NCBI RefSeq assembly: GCF_009914755.1
Contig: NC_060942.1
DNA length: 64,000 nt
Strand: one strand, 5' to 3'
Source of the DNA: the human T2T-CHM13v2.0 reference genome, Homo sapiens
This document shows, one piece after another, positions 1 through 14,199 of this stretch. The position numbers were made by a program, and so were the translations under genes. Numbering within the stretch: the stretch's first letter is position 1; every line of letters starts with the position of its first letter. The notes under the pieces were generated by a model. The model was not told the DNA's origin. It searched no databases and saw only the letters and a list, made by a program, of their open reading frames with translations.

Positions 1-3000
1 ATGCCGCCATTCGGTCTGTCCCAGGGATCAGGGACTGAAGGTCCCTCTGGAAGCAGTGTCTCTATCTCTGCATTGTATAGCATATTGTTGCCACACACTA
101 CCTACCCCCATTTTATTCTTTTCTATATTAGAGATCCTCTTTGGTGCCCTAATCCATATCCCATCACTCAAATCTGATGGGTCTGCCTTTCTCGACCTGC
201 TTTCTGTGTCAAGAATAATAGAAACCTTTGCATTCCTTTTCACAGTGGTACCACTGCAACCTGAAATAGTTTACGTAACTGCTAGGGAGGTCCGATTCTA
301 GAAGAGGACTGAATATCGCCCAAAAAGAATGAAATGCAAATAATGGTTTCTTTCGGTAGATGGAGTTTCCAGAAATGCTTTGGAACATTTCAATTCTAAG
401 AGCAAGTCATGCTAGGCTACAAACCACCCCATTATTGGTTTTACCCATAGATATCTCTTTGCTTTATGCAACATAGTCACAATCAGATCTCTTCAACTTG
501 TTCTTAAAATTTCTTCCATATACAACCATGTTTTATGTCAGTAACTAGGCCAGGACTGTCCGCTCCCCACTAAAAGAAGATAGGCAGAATGGTTAATGAA
601 AGCCTACACTCTAGAGTTGCACAGCCTAGGCTCAGATAGCAGCTCTGCAAGTAACCTCTCAATAGATATTAGCTACTTATTGTTATTATCATTTTGTATG
701 TTCCAAAAGACATATCTCTCAATAGCAGAGAAGCAGTTCAGGTTTTAACCCTAGTATAATGTATACTCATATAGTTTTCATGAAAGCTGATACATCCTAC
801 ACCTGATAATGCTTCCTTCCAGAAGGATGTATCAAAGGGAGCCACTTAAGTGTGCACCAACATCCTGTACTCCCTCCAGAGTACAAAGAGTGCCATCATT
901 GTTCACTGTTAAACTGTAGACAAACATAGGTTGGAAAGACAACAGCTGCATCCTAAGCTGGAAAAGCATATTTTCCTTCTGTTTTTGAAGTCTTGCTGAA
1001 ATTGAGCAGCCTTGATAGCAGCGCCAGCTCCACGTCTTGGTGTTCTGAAGGCTTCCCTGGTGCACACTTAAAGTCAGATGACATGTGAGTGAAAACAGCT
1101 TAATTCCAAAGACCAGACAAGTTCCTTCCTAACAGGCTTCATTGAAAGCAGTTCCTGAGATAAGAATTACACAGGGGTGTTTTAGAGAGGAGCTTTAACA
1201 TGGTAAGTTCCTTATATTTCTTAGGAAGAAAATGGCTATTGATTAAATTTATCTTTATTATAAAGACATACTAAATAATATCTACTATGTAATTATTTGT
1301 CCTTTTTGTTTTTAAACATTTCATAATCATTTTAATTGAATAAACGATTAAAAGAAAAGATTATTAACCAGAAAAGAGAAAATAGATGATGGTTGAAGGG
1401 TTGTATAGCATATTATAGACAGAGGTTTCCCAGGCTATTTTAGTGTTTATTTAAAACCTGTCCGTTAATGTTTGGTTTATGCCAATTTTCTCTTAATGAA
1501 ATTTGACATAACCTTTTGGTGTCCAATCAGGATTTCATATGTTTTAGAAATACACCCAGAAACAAACATTCCATGAAACTAAGTATGTAGAGAAAGCCAC
1601 AAATAGTCACATGGTTTATATTGTCACACTTTCTTACTTCAGTCTGAAATGAGAATTTTGGGGAATGGAATGAGTGAAATGTAAGCATCAACATGTGGGT
1701 TGTGTGCGCTGGAGAAAAGGCTAATCGTGGATACAGCGGAAAGTGTATGCCGGATTTTAGGTATAAGAAGAGTACACACCTGCAAGGCAATTTAGAAGAA
1801 ATTGGGCAAACAGCAAGTACCCGCCAACCAGAGAGGGCCAGGTGAGGGGAAAAGACTCTTGTCACAGGAAACCCTACTCCAGTTGAGAAGAGATGTGTCA
1901 TTGTGTGGCATCACTGTAATTTATTAACAAAACACTCTTTAACATTTATTATTTAAGTCATCACTTTCAACACTACTTCTAATAAGGTATATTTTATTAT
2001 AGCTTTTCTCTTCTTTTACTGTCACCAAATTGAAATTCCAGTGGACCAGTGAACACTTCTAACCCTATTATGTAATTCTAGGCATAAAGAGTTTTTCATG
2101 TGAGAGTTGTCCTTAGAAAATGCGATTTTAACAGGCCAGTTATATTTTTGATTTTAGGTTAAAGTATTGCCGAGTTTTCCCCATCATAGAACAATTCTCA
2201 GTGTGTTTGCTTGTAATTCATTAGTTGATTTCCATTGTTTCCTTTAAATGGTAATTTTCTTGGGATATTCTTAGCAATTCGGGATAATGAGCAAATCATG
2301 TCCCTTGTACCCACCCATCTCAACTTTGCTTTTCCTTTTCTGCAGCTGAAACAAAAAATATTTCATGAAAGTTGCATGATTTTAACATAAGTAGCCTCAG
2401 GGGAGAACAAATGCAACTATCAAATAAGTGATGTTAAGGATTATTAATGCTGAAGCCAAGTATATTCTGTGTCACTGTTACCACTTCTGTGACACATGAG
2501 GCAGATTCAGTTTGTAAAGCATGGTGGCATATTTTACCGTTTACATCTCACTACTGTAAAAATGAAAAGCTACTCAATGTAAAATTATAGACTTAAGTGT
2601 TATGGAAGCATCATATTGAAAAATCACATAAAGCTTTATAATAAAAACTTAGAAAACCACTGAAGGGACAACTAGTTCTCTAAATGTTGAGTAACTGACT
2701 TCGTAACCCTTATTATAGATTATCACCAACAGCAACAGGAGCAATCATGGATCAAAAATTTAGGACCACTTTTATTCCTGTAGCAAGAGCTTTAAAATGA
2801 ATGCCTCTCAGGCTCATCGTCTTCTGTGGTTAAGTCCCACCTTCAGCCATCTTCATTGCTGATGGAGGGAACTGGCTGCCAGTGCCCAAAGGAGGGAGCC
2901 CAGGTTTCCTGCAGCTGCTTTGCCTTAACATCCCTCCCCTTTCCCTTCGCACTTCTGCCATTCAGTGTGTACCCCCACCCACCACACACTCCCTCCTTCA

Positions 3001-4861
3001 GGTCCCAGAACCACGCTAGAAACAAACATTCTGGTGATGCGCTCAAACGGGCCCTGGTCTCGGGCAGTTCAGTTCATTCTGCAGTCAGAATAGTGGTGCT
3101 GGGCTGACCTGAATTGGAATTCCAGCTTTGCCACATACTGGCAGTGCTGCTGTAACAAAGGCACTTCATCTCCTAAGCCTGTTTCTTGGGCTGGAGTAGG
3201 TGCCTCACACTGCTGTGTTGGGGAATGAATGAGATCGTGCATATAAAGAGCAGCATCCAGCACCTGCCTGGCAGGGAGCCATCTAGTTGTACCTATTTAT
3301 TTGTCCAACACCCTTGTCCTGGGTTCCCCTTATTCCAGCCTAGAAGCCTTGGTTCTCTTATTGCTGACAGAGCTTTAGGGATGGCAAGAGTCCCCCTTGG
3401 TTTTAACACTGTCTTCCTAGTACAGCCCCAGTCCTCCCTGGTCTGAATCAAGAGGTCAGCCTATCCACCAATCCCCTGGTTCCTGAGCCCACCTGAGCCT
3501 CATTGCCACACTGGGGAGCCTTGGAGCCCACGCTGGCCCTGCCAGCCACACGTGGCCGGCTTAGGGCCTGCCCCCTGCCCTATAGGCTCTGACCTTCCTG
3601 CCCCCAGGCTCTCCCTGTGCTGAGCCATCACCTGCAGCCACATTGCTGCTGTCTGTTGGATTCCCGACCCATCACCACCTGGACATTTCTGCTGCAGATC
3701 TCCGCCAGCCATTTGGATGCCCAGGGAGCTGTTCTTGCCATAATAATTGTAAAATTATAAAATATGTTTAAACTTTGCCTCTCATTAATCAATACGGACC
3801 ATCTTTTTGTTCACTGTTCTTTACTGTTCACATTCAACATATTCCTGTTTCTTAGGAGTTGTTTTGTTCAATGGAAAGAGTAGACCCTTCTGCTCTGGAC
3901 ACTGGCATCTGTCCAGAACATGCAGGAGAGCTCAGTGGGAGCCTTTGGACTTGGCTTTGGATAGCTGGGCTCAGTTTACCATTTCTCTCAGCCCACCGTA
4001 CCTTGCTCCTCCTGTTCCCACTTCATCCTCAGCTGCTGATGGCTGGTCACACCTAAGGCTGAGCCCACACCTGATCAAACCTCCTTGCAGTACAGGTGCC
4101 CCCCGTAGAGTCCGTTCCAACAACCAAACACTTCTTCCTCTGTTTTCTTTCTCTGATTTTTCCCGAGCTTTGATTCTAAAACCGGAACTTTCCTTAGTCA
4201 TGTTTTTTAGTATCTGTCATGGTTGTCTTCCACTCCTAAAATCTGAACTTGCAAATCTTATCAGAATTTTACATTTCCTACAAGAGGGCCCCATGGGAGT
4301 CTCCTTCCCTCCCAAGTGGCAACAAGTGGCTCCTGCTGGAGGACCTGCTATCCCCACCCTCCCTCCCCTCTCCCCTCCTTCAGAGTCATACCCTGTCCTT
4401 TGAGACCTATGGCAGGTACCTGACTTCAACAATGCTAGTCCTGCTACTGCGTCGCCAGTCAGACCTAAGCTCTTCCTGACTTTGACTGCCACAGGCGTCC
4501 TCATACATCAGTTACCGACCCTGGCCTTCAGACTTTTCTTCTTGTGTATCCCCAAAAGAAGTTTGAAGAAATTATGCACCTGCTCTAAACATTTGAGTTT
4601 GATATCGAAAACTTTCATCACATGTTTATGTAAGTGTATTTGTTAATAAGAGATAGACAGTATGAAATACTTTCTAAGACAAAATGAGGATTGGTGTAAT
4701 TAAGATAAATATTTTATGATATGTGGTGTTTTTTAACTGCCTTACAGATTCAAGCATACCAAACCTGAAAGAAAACTCATGAAACTTTCACTTACGGGTT
4801 TCATCCAAGAAAATTTGGCTCTCCTCGAAAGCATTCTGGTTCCATTTAAAAGAGTAAATAT

Positions 4862-5247
<386 letters not shown>

Positions 5248-5394
5248 TTACTCCTCACAGAATTGTTTCAGACAGGGAAGTGAGTTTCTGGAGCCAGAAT
5301 TCCAGCCCAAACCTGTAGGTTTTTACACCTGGGCAGTGCCCCATGGTCATATTTGAGATAGGTGGTTTTTCAAGTGTATGAAAGACTATTGTGA

Positions 5395-5681
5395 GGCTGG
5401 ACACAGTGGCTCATCCCTGCAATCCCAGCACTTTGAGATGATGAGGCAGGCAGATTGCTTGAATCTAGGAGTTACAAACCAGCCCGGGCAACATAGTGAG
5501 ACCCTATCTCTACCAAAAGTACAAAAATTAGCTGGGCATAGTGCCTGTGGTCCAAGCTACTCAGGAGGCTGAGGTGGGAGGATCACTTGAATCAAGGAGG
5601 TCAAGGCTACAGTGAGCCGTGATCATACCACTGCACTCCAGCCTGGGCGACAGAGCTAGACTCTGTCTCAAAAAAAAGAAA
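5395..5681 (+). mobile_element. Alu (AluJ-like)
   Basis: Diverged Alu dimer with J-type right arm (GGATCACTTGA...GGTCAAGGCT). Confidence 0.88.
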
Positions 5682-5828
5682 GAAAGAGAGACAGACAGAG
5701 ACAGACAGAGAGAGAGAAAAGAAGAGAGGAGGAGGGGGAGGGAGAGGAGGAGGAGGAAAAAGAAGGAGAAGAAGGAGGAGGAGGAGGAGAGAAGGAGGAA
5801 GAGAGGGGAAGGGAAGGGAAAGGGAAAG
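5682..5828 (+). repeat. Purine-rich low-complexity tract (GACA/GAG/GGGAA repeats)
   Basis: Nearly pure purine run continuing from an Alu tail. Confidence 0.9.
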
Positions 5829-5835
5829 GTAGGGT

Positions 5836-6285
<450 letters not shown>

Positions 6286-6326
6286 TTATGTATCTCCAAG
6301 GGTATGCATAGCTCAGTTTGAGGAGG

Positions 6327-6428
6327 TTTTTTTCAATTTTTTGAGACAGGTATGTTGCACAGACTGGTCTCAAACTCCTGGGCTCAAGCAATCCTCCCAT
6401 CTCTGCCTCTGAGTAGCTGGAATTACAT
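6327..6428 (-). mobile_element. Alu monomer fragment (FLAM/AluJ-like)
   Basis: ctggtctcaaactcctgggctcaagcaatcctccc. Confidence 0.75.
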
Positions 6429-7370
6429 CAGTTGAGGTTTAAGTGTCCCAGGATGTTTGCCTTACTGTACTTTACATGAGAGTGTGGGCTGTTCTTATCT
6501 TATCTCTACCTTAGAAAATTTCAAGCTTCTGGATGGTGGAGACCATGTATGTATTACTCACCTTTACATCTCTACTATACCTCACAGAATGCCTGGCATT
6601 TAACACTAGGCTGAGTGCTTAACTGCTGCACGCAGGGGTGGCCACTCATACCCACTGGGGCCAGGACAGTGGTATAAACGAACAAAGCAAGTTAGGCATG
6701 AGGCCACGTTAGGAAAATGTGCATGGAAAACACACTGGCAGCACAACTCACTTTAAACATCATGAAGAAACAGGGAGCCTCCACTTGGGTCTTGGAAAAG
6801 TGACCTGAGGAAGTGACTTTTGGACTGCTCAGCTGAAACCAGCAAGGAGATGTGCAGGCTTTAAGTGACGCATCAGCAGAGGGGGGTCTTGCGGGAGGAC
6901 GCTGGGAAGGAGCGTGAGGGAGATAGATGGTCAGGGAGGGGCAGGTGCCCTGACACAGTCCAGGCACAGACTGTGTGGGACCGCATTTGCCTTATTAAAG
7001 AATTTAGGGCTTACTCTGAGAGCAGCGGAAAGCCGTGGGAGGATTTATGCAGGAAAATGACATGTGGGGTTTACAGTCTTCATAGATGAGCCCTGGCTGA
7101 GGGATAGGGAACGGATTCAGGGGAGGCCCCATGTGGGTTTGGGGTGTTGTATTCATCCACTTGGTAAATAGGTGAGTTGTCATGGTGGCTGGGGTTTGGA
7201 GGGGGACAGAAATGGAGTGGAGGAAACAGGGTGTGCTGTGCTCTTGAAGTAGTCCTACCGGGTAAGCACAGACGCTTGGGGGCTGGCTGTGCTTGTGAAG
7301 CTGAATTTGATTCTGTATCAGTGGGAGGCCCTTGGATTGGAGTAGTTAAAGGAGGGAAGTGACCTGAGAT

Positions 7371-7439
7371 CATGTACCCTAGAACTTAAAGTATAATTTA
7401 AAAAAATATATATATATATGGAAAAAAATTAAAAAAAAT
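7371..7439 (+). mobile_element. Extreme 3' end of a primate L1 (L1PA-like) with A/AT tail
   Basis: CATGTACCCTAGAACTTAAAGTATAAT is the L1PA terminal sequence. Confidence 0.8.
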
Positions 7440-7644
7440 GAAAACCTAGAAAGATACAAGGTTCTATGTCATTACATTAAAATTGTAATGCTTAAAAAAA
7501 AAAAAACACCTTTAAAGAGGTGGTTTCAGTGTGGTTAATATGGGTTCTCTCCTGTTTTCTTCTTGCCGGGATTGTGAGGACTGTGTGGTACACACCTGTC
7601 TGGTAGAGCCCTTCTGAGTTGCTTCCGATGTTCAAATGAGGCGG

Positions 7645-7880
7645 TATGATGTAATGCAGTCAGACTTCTGGTTCAAAACTCAGCCCTATAGCTCACTAGC
7701 TGTGTGACCTTAGACAGCTTGTTTGACTTCCCAGTGCCTCAGTCTCCATCAGTAAAATGGGGGTGAGCAATAGGACCTATTTCATAGGATGGTGTTTTCT
7801 AAATTTAATGCAATAGTACATGTAAACTACTTCAAACAGGACCTGGGAAACAGTAAGTGTTTAAGGGACATTAGGTATTA
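7645..7880 (+). mobile_element. MIR
   Basis: MIR core: ctagctgtgtgacctt...gcctcagt...gtaaaatgggg. Confidence 0.75.
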
Positions 7881-8067
7881 TTCTGTTTATGATGGAATGC
7901 CAATTTGTACTTATATTATCTTTCTTTACTTCAAAAAACTCGAAAATGCCACTGTGAGCTTAAGGGACCTTGACTTCTCAGCAGCTCTAGTTAATGTAGA
8001 AAACATAGTGTATAGAAATTCAAATGTGAAAAGCAGGGGTACAAGTCATCAAGGTTTGAAAATGATC

Positions 8068-8174
8068 ATTTTTATAGATGTAGGGGTACAAGTGCAGTTG
8101 TGTTACGTGGATATATTGCTTAGTGGTGAAGTGTGGGCTTCTAGGGCACCCATCACCTGAATATTATACATTGT
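8068..8174 (-). mobile_element. L1 (L1PB/L1MA-like) 3' end fragment
   Basis: ggggtacaagtgcagttgtgttacgtggatatattg; degenerate flanking duplication gt(t)tgaaa.gat. Confidence 0.75.
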
Positions 8175-9899
8175 TGAAACGATGATTTTTGATATCTCTC
8201 ACTTCCCATGAACTAGAGAACTCATCTTATACAATAAAGCCCATCCTTGAATGTCTTTCATTAATGCTTTTCATTGCTTGTTAAAGGTTAATGTTTTTTA
8301 TTGAAAAAAAAAAACGTTCCGCCCCCTTTTTTTTCCCTTTGGGGCTTGGTGGTGGCAGGAATGGCCCCCTGCACCTTTCCTTCTCAGTAGAGGTCTCTGT
8401 GTGCCTGCCAGCTGGAGGAGACGGAATGTATTACTGGCCTGATATTATAGAAATTTCTAGATGTTACCTTTCAGATTTCCCACAGGGGGACAACTGCTGA
8501 GATTAACCGTGTTGCCTATTGTGCAAACATCTGTAAACGCACCACCACAGCAATTGCAGTGGCTCCCCGCCAGCCAGAAACTGCGGAAATCAAATGCCCT
8601 GTCTTGCAAACACATCTGTTCACACCTTGAGAGAGGGAGGCTTTTCAGAGCTCCTTGCTCTGAAAAATCTTGGGAGTTTGTTTGTTTGTCCACTCTGTGA
8701 GCAATCCACAGTGATCTTGGGAGTCAGAGGTCAAAGGCAAAGGCTTACTGACCTCCCATGCTGTTCCCCCTGTCTTTAGGTCCTTCAAGGGCATGGGTGC
8801 TAAGAGGAGCCTCCCTGTGTACCAGGCTCACATCTTTGGACTTGTGATGTTGGCTCATGATGGTCGTGGTCACTCAGACCCCACCAGGAGCTGCTGAATC
8901 CAAATGGAGTAGCTCTTGGTGACAGTAAAGTCCACCCCTCCCCTGGCCTGGAGGGTATGTTCTGATTTTGCCAGGAGACAGGTAGCTGAGTAATACTTGA
9001 GATCTTGGGAAATGATTTGAAATATGTGGAAGAGAAAAGAAAAAACAGGATTGATACATTCTGCATTAAAAACCTTATTTGGGCACCTTCCCTATTTTCT
9101 ACCCTCAAAAAAAAAACCCCACAAAAAACAGGATTTGAATGAACATTTGGAAAAATGCCTGGAATCATCAGCCACGAATCACCAGTGCCCACCCCTGAGC
9201 AATTTTACTGTAGAGCCACCACAGTGACCAGGCCAGGGAGGGAGCCATGCGTGTGGCAGAAGGAACGGCCGCCAAGTGTTGGCTGCACAGCGCCCCGCGC
9301 CTGCAGGAGAGCGGAGACAGGAGAAAGCGAGGCCAGCTGCACTGCAGGGAGATGTCTCTGCCTGTACTTTTTTTTTCTTTCTGGGATCTATTTAGAATAA
9401 TCTTTGTGTTCAATTTCATTTTTAGATTTTAACACCGAATTCTTTTTGTTCTTCTGGATCCACATATCTAATTTTAGCATTGAAAAGAATTTCACCTAGT
9501 TTATTTTTGTATCCTAATCTTTTTTTAGCGTAGGTCAATGGATAAGAAAATCACAAAAACTAAGTGTATATTATCAGCCAAGTGAGCTGCTAGTGCTTAT
9601 AAACACCCTTTATTTTAAAGACAATGCGAATTTCATTATGTAAACATGTAAAAACCCAGGCCATCTTAACTGATGCCCAGCCGCAGAGGTGAGGTGGCAT
9701 GGTCATGTTCCTAGATGACATGTTATGAATGGAGTTCCTTCTACATCCAAGCAAAACAGGATTCCATGATTCACAGAGCTTGCAGGCAAGGTTAGACTAG
9801 TCAGGAGATTCAGAACAAACAAATCTTTGGTGTTTCACAGTTACAACTCCATAGGAGAGCACCTGATGGTTATACTGGAAGACGAAGCCGATGTCCTTG

Positions 9900-10048
9900 A
9901 TGCTATAGATCAGGAGAGATCTGAAAACACACCCAGACCCACCTCCACCCCAACCCAGTTCAGTCAGAGTCTCTTGGGTTAGGACCTGAGAATTTAAAAA
10001 AATCTCCACAGTAATTTTAATAAGCAGCTAGAGTTGAGAAACATTGCC
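9900..10048. mobile_element. MER5-like hAT-Charlie DNA transposon
   Basis: ccccaacccagttcagtcagagtctc...gagttgagaaacattg resembles MER5A. Confidence 0.6.
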
Positions 10049-12555
10049 TCCCGTAGAGAACAGTCACTGGGAAGCTAGGATTGTACTGTGGTTACCTAGG
10101 GTGATGGACTGAGCTAAGCTGAAAGCAGAGCCTTGGGTGGGGAAACTGAGAGGAGTGATCTGTATAGTGCTTGGGAGCAGTGGTTTAATTCCAGAGCTCC
10201 AAGGCTGTGCTGTGAGGACAGTGATAATTATGCTCCTTCTGAAGAAATCCTTGCAGAAGATGTCACCTTTCCATGAATTGAAAAGGAGGAAAGGTGCTGT
10301 GTTTTCAAGCTTCTCCAGATAATCTTAGAAATGTAAGTCGAGAAAGGGAATCATACAAACATCATGTCTTAATTTGACTTAGTACCTAGTATGGGTTTAA
10401 CATAACACTGTCATAATAATATGGTTTACACACATGCATACAGACTTACCATCCATTCATTGATTCACTGGGTTCCTGCTATGTGCCAGGCATTTCCTAG
10501 GGCACTAAGAAAACAGCAGCAAACGAAGAAGGCTGAGTTCCCCTCCGGGAGGGGTCTTACACCGAGCAATCCCAGAATGTCGGCTGGCAAGAAGGGGTGA
10601 GTGAGGAATATGCTGGAGGCAGAATGGGGCCCCTAGCCTAGAGTGCCTATGAGAAGACCCCTGTTGGGCCCTGACAAGGGAAGTGGCTTTGCTCTTCCTG
10701 CAGGCACAAGCTGTCCATGATGCTGGGACCTCTGATTCATCCACTAGAGCCATTGTCATCAGAACTATTTCTGGAAGTTTCTGAGTAGGTGGCACAGCCC
10801 TGTGTACCTAGTGAAGCCCCCCCCCTTTGATTCAGGGGTCACATTGGGCTGTTTGCGCAAAGAAGGACTCACTGCTTCTTTTTCCCCTTGTGAATAAGTA
10901 ACAAGCTGTTAAGTACACAATGAATGTACCTCTCTGCAAGCCAGAACTGTAGTGATTGATGGAATCCGATGTTTACTTGTCCCCTCTGTAACCTTAGATT
11001 AAAGTCACTGAAATCTTCAGCCTCTACATCAGGAGAATGGCACGCACATGCCAAGGGACGTGGCCAAAATGGCTGGTGGAGCTTTGTGGGAGGCAGAGTG
11101 CATGGTCCCTTCCCCAAAGGGATTAGATGCAGAGACATCAGGAGAGCAAGTCAGCTTTTATGGGGAGGGTAACAGTGTAGTCAGAAGCGGCAAGGGAGAA
11201 ATGATAGGAATTTGTGTTGTGGAGAGAAAGGAAGGAGGCCTGGACAGGGAGGAAGGAGAAGAAACATTACACAAGAACCGATTGCTAATTGGTCAAGAGG
11301 GATGGGGAGTGACTGAAGGGCCCCTTGGGTGTGTCACTATTGTTCAGTGTCCAGGCTGCTGCAAAAGGACAGCTATTAATAAACATCGTTAAATGCATCT
11401 TGTTTTCTTTCTATTGCTTTGTTGTTTATAAAATGCCTGAGTATACATTAATTCCAAGAATCCTCAAAATAACTTTGAGAGGTGTTACTGTGATCAGTAT
11501 ATAAAGAAAGAAGACATTGAAACTCATAGAGGCTAAGTAACTTGCCCCTAATCACACAGCCAGTTAAAAGGCAGAAGCAAATCTCAAATTCAAATATTTG
11601 AGCTCCAGCTCCAGCAATCTGAAATGTCAAGATACCTAGTACAATTGGGTTCTGGTCCTGGATGTGCCTGAACATTTTTATGATTTCACATATATCATGT
11701 GACTCTCCAAGCCTTTGAAGTTGCATTTCTCTCATTTCCTTGCCTTTCTACATGTCTTATAAAGATTTCTACGCTTACATTTATACCCTCAAGTATGCAT
11801 GGACACAAAGTCGAGTTTGGGTTTTTTTAAAATCTGGATTAAAAGAAATTTTAAATTCCAACTTTCTTTACCTGATTCTCTCTGTAGCACTGGCCTTTTG
11901 TAATATATATTTTTCCAGCCATAGGAAAGAGCTTTTTAATGCTCAGATCCCAAGAGCTAAGGAAGTAGATGGCTATTTATGTTCTGCCAGGAATCTTTAT
12001 GTTCAGTGAGAGGAAGTGCAACTGCTTAAAACTCTTAACTTCTCTCTCTTACTTTAGAAAGTCAAGCAGAAAAAAAAATGGATTAATTTGACAGATGGCA
12101 CAGAATAAGAAAAATATTAGAAACAAGAAGAGGCCATTTTTCCTATAGAGGCTCATTTCATTCTATATACCACTTCCCTGGGATATCTGCTAATTGTTAG
12201 CAGAAAGAGTAATGTTATCTATTTTTTAAAATTTCACTCTTGAGTACTATGGAGATAATAGCTAAATGATGGAGAAATAACTTTCTTTCACGGTAGTAGT
12301 TTAAGAAGGGTAAAAAGAGCTCAAAGGCAGATGTTTGATGACATGAGAAAATTCAGCGACAAATGACAAATTTGATATTTCTATAGGTGCAGTTTTAGAA
12401 AGAGTATCTTTTTGCATTGACACTAGAGACCTGTGTCCATCTGTACAAGTGAGGGAACTGCATGTGGGTATTAATAGATGTATTTGTAAGCCCCGGAAAT
12501 TTTCCAGTTGAAACTTACAACAAAAACAAAAAGTTTCTGTTGTGTTTTGCTGCAG

Positions 12556-12653
12556 GGCCAATGCAGGAAACCATCTATGACTTCTGGAGGATGGTGTGGC
12601 ACGAAAACACTGCAAGTATCATCATGGTGACCAATCTTGTGGAAGTGGGAAGG
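12556..12653 (+). CDS. PTPRM: PTPRM coding exon, D1 domain ((G)[32 protein letters not shown])
   Basis: ttttgctgcag acceptor and AGG|gtgagt donor; 98 nt, phase 1 to 0; classical PTP motifs (Q)GP, DFWRMVW and IVM; sequence recognised as RPTP-mu. Confidence 0.97.
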
Positions 12654-13515
12654 GTGAGTGGACCGTCTGCTGCAAATGGCCATTTTGTTCCTTGCTTAGT
12701 TGGTAACAGAAAGTAAGGCATGAGGCAAGCTTTTGAACTATTATGTGTACTCCCCAAAACATTAACTACTCCAGCTCCTCCTATTGCTTGCTGCACTTGC
12801 TTATAAATTATCAGTAAACATAGCCTGAATTGCTTTCATTTGTTGCGATAGCAACAGACAGGAAAGGCACTCAAGATTTAAAAGCAGTTGTTATCGGGCC
12901 ATATTGAGAGCACAAAAATACCTCTAAGCATGAATGCTGATTGTTGAGTGTCAAAACTCAATGGGTGCTGCATTAGACATGACTACCTTCCCAAACTCCC
13001 AAAATTGGCTCTAAAAACAGTGTGCAGCTCTAGATTCAATCCTTAGATTAGAATTCCAGCATCTTCTCTTGCTTAAATTGGCCTTTCCTGTGTCTCAGTT
13101 TCCAAACCTGTGGAATGGAAAGCATCATCTTTCTGAAGGTCTTGTACTACCTTCTCCGTAGTAACTGTTTATGAGCAGTGCTTTTATTTAACCAGGAAAC
13201 TTTTACATAGTTGTAATCTCAGTAGTAGTATGCTATAGGATTATTTCCAAAGTGAAATTTTAAAATGAGCAAACACACAGCGTGCAGTTGCCTTTTTTAC
13301 AGTAGGTTGAATTCCATGGTTGTGCTAACTGAAGAGAAGTTGGCATCATGAGATTTGCCCTCAGCAAAGGCAGCCTAGAGGTTATCCTAGAATTGAAACA
13401 GTGAGACAGGAGCCATAAAGGGGTTGTCTCTTAAGATTCTCAGGTTTCAGGAGGCACAAACCAGGAAGAAGAAAGACATCACAATTCTCTCATAATGAGA
13501 ATATTCAGTAAGTAG

Positions 13516-13554
13516 GATATATATATATATACATACACACAATATAAGTAGGAG

Positions 13555-13622
<68 letters not shown>
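13516..13622. repeat. Compound (TA)n/(TG)n microsatellite
   Basis: Seen directly. Confidence 0.95.
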
Positions 13623-13624
<2 letters not shown>

Positions 13625-14199
13625 AGCAAAAATGGCACATTAACCTGAAAATCCCCCTACAGACATCTGGAAATTCTAGATAAAAATATAAATATGTATT
13701 TTAATATGTTTATATGTATATCACATGCATATGCAAATATATATATTTTAAATGTTTAGCTTAGCCCTTAATAAAGACAGCTACTACAGACCAGAAATAA
13801 AGTGAGGACTAGAGATCCTAGGGAGTGTAGCGCTTGCATGCACCCTTAGGAGGCTGGGCAGGGGGTTCTGTGTGAGTGTTGGGGGAGGGTGGGCAGCACC
13901 AGTCTTTGTGATCTTGGATCCCGGGTTTTAAAGCCCACTGAGGGCAGGAAATAATGTGGACACGTACAATGCTAAGAATTTAGATGTTGACTGCCACACA
14001 GAACCAAAACCCACAAACAGTAGACCCTCAGAGAAAGGGCAAACTGGGGAAGTGGAGGTAGGGAGAGGGAGGAGGGAGAAGGGAGAGGAGCACCAGCCAG
14101 CCCAGGGAATTGGCAAGGAAGTTACACCATTTTCACTTAGGTAGGATCTGTGGGGGTAAAGCACTTCGGCCAACTCCAGGGTCAAAGTAAACACCTAAT

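Noticed and set aside
2468-2496. 8-bp stem hairpin TGTGTCAC...GTGACACA
   Set aside because: Too short to exceed background in 64 kb
3807-4403. 198-aa ORF
   Set aside because: TTG start, low-complexity Ser/Pro/Leu content, no recognisable homology or exon structure
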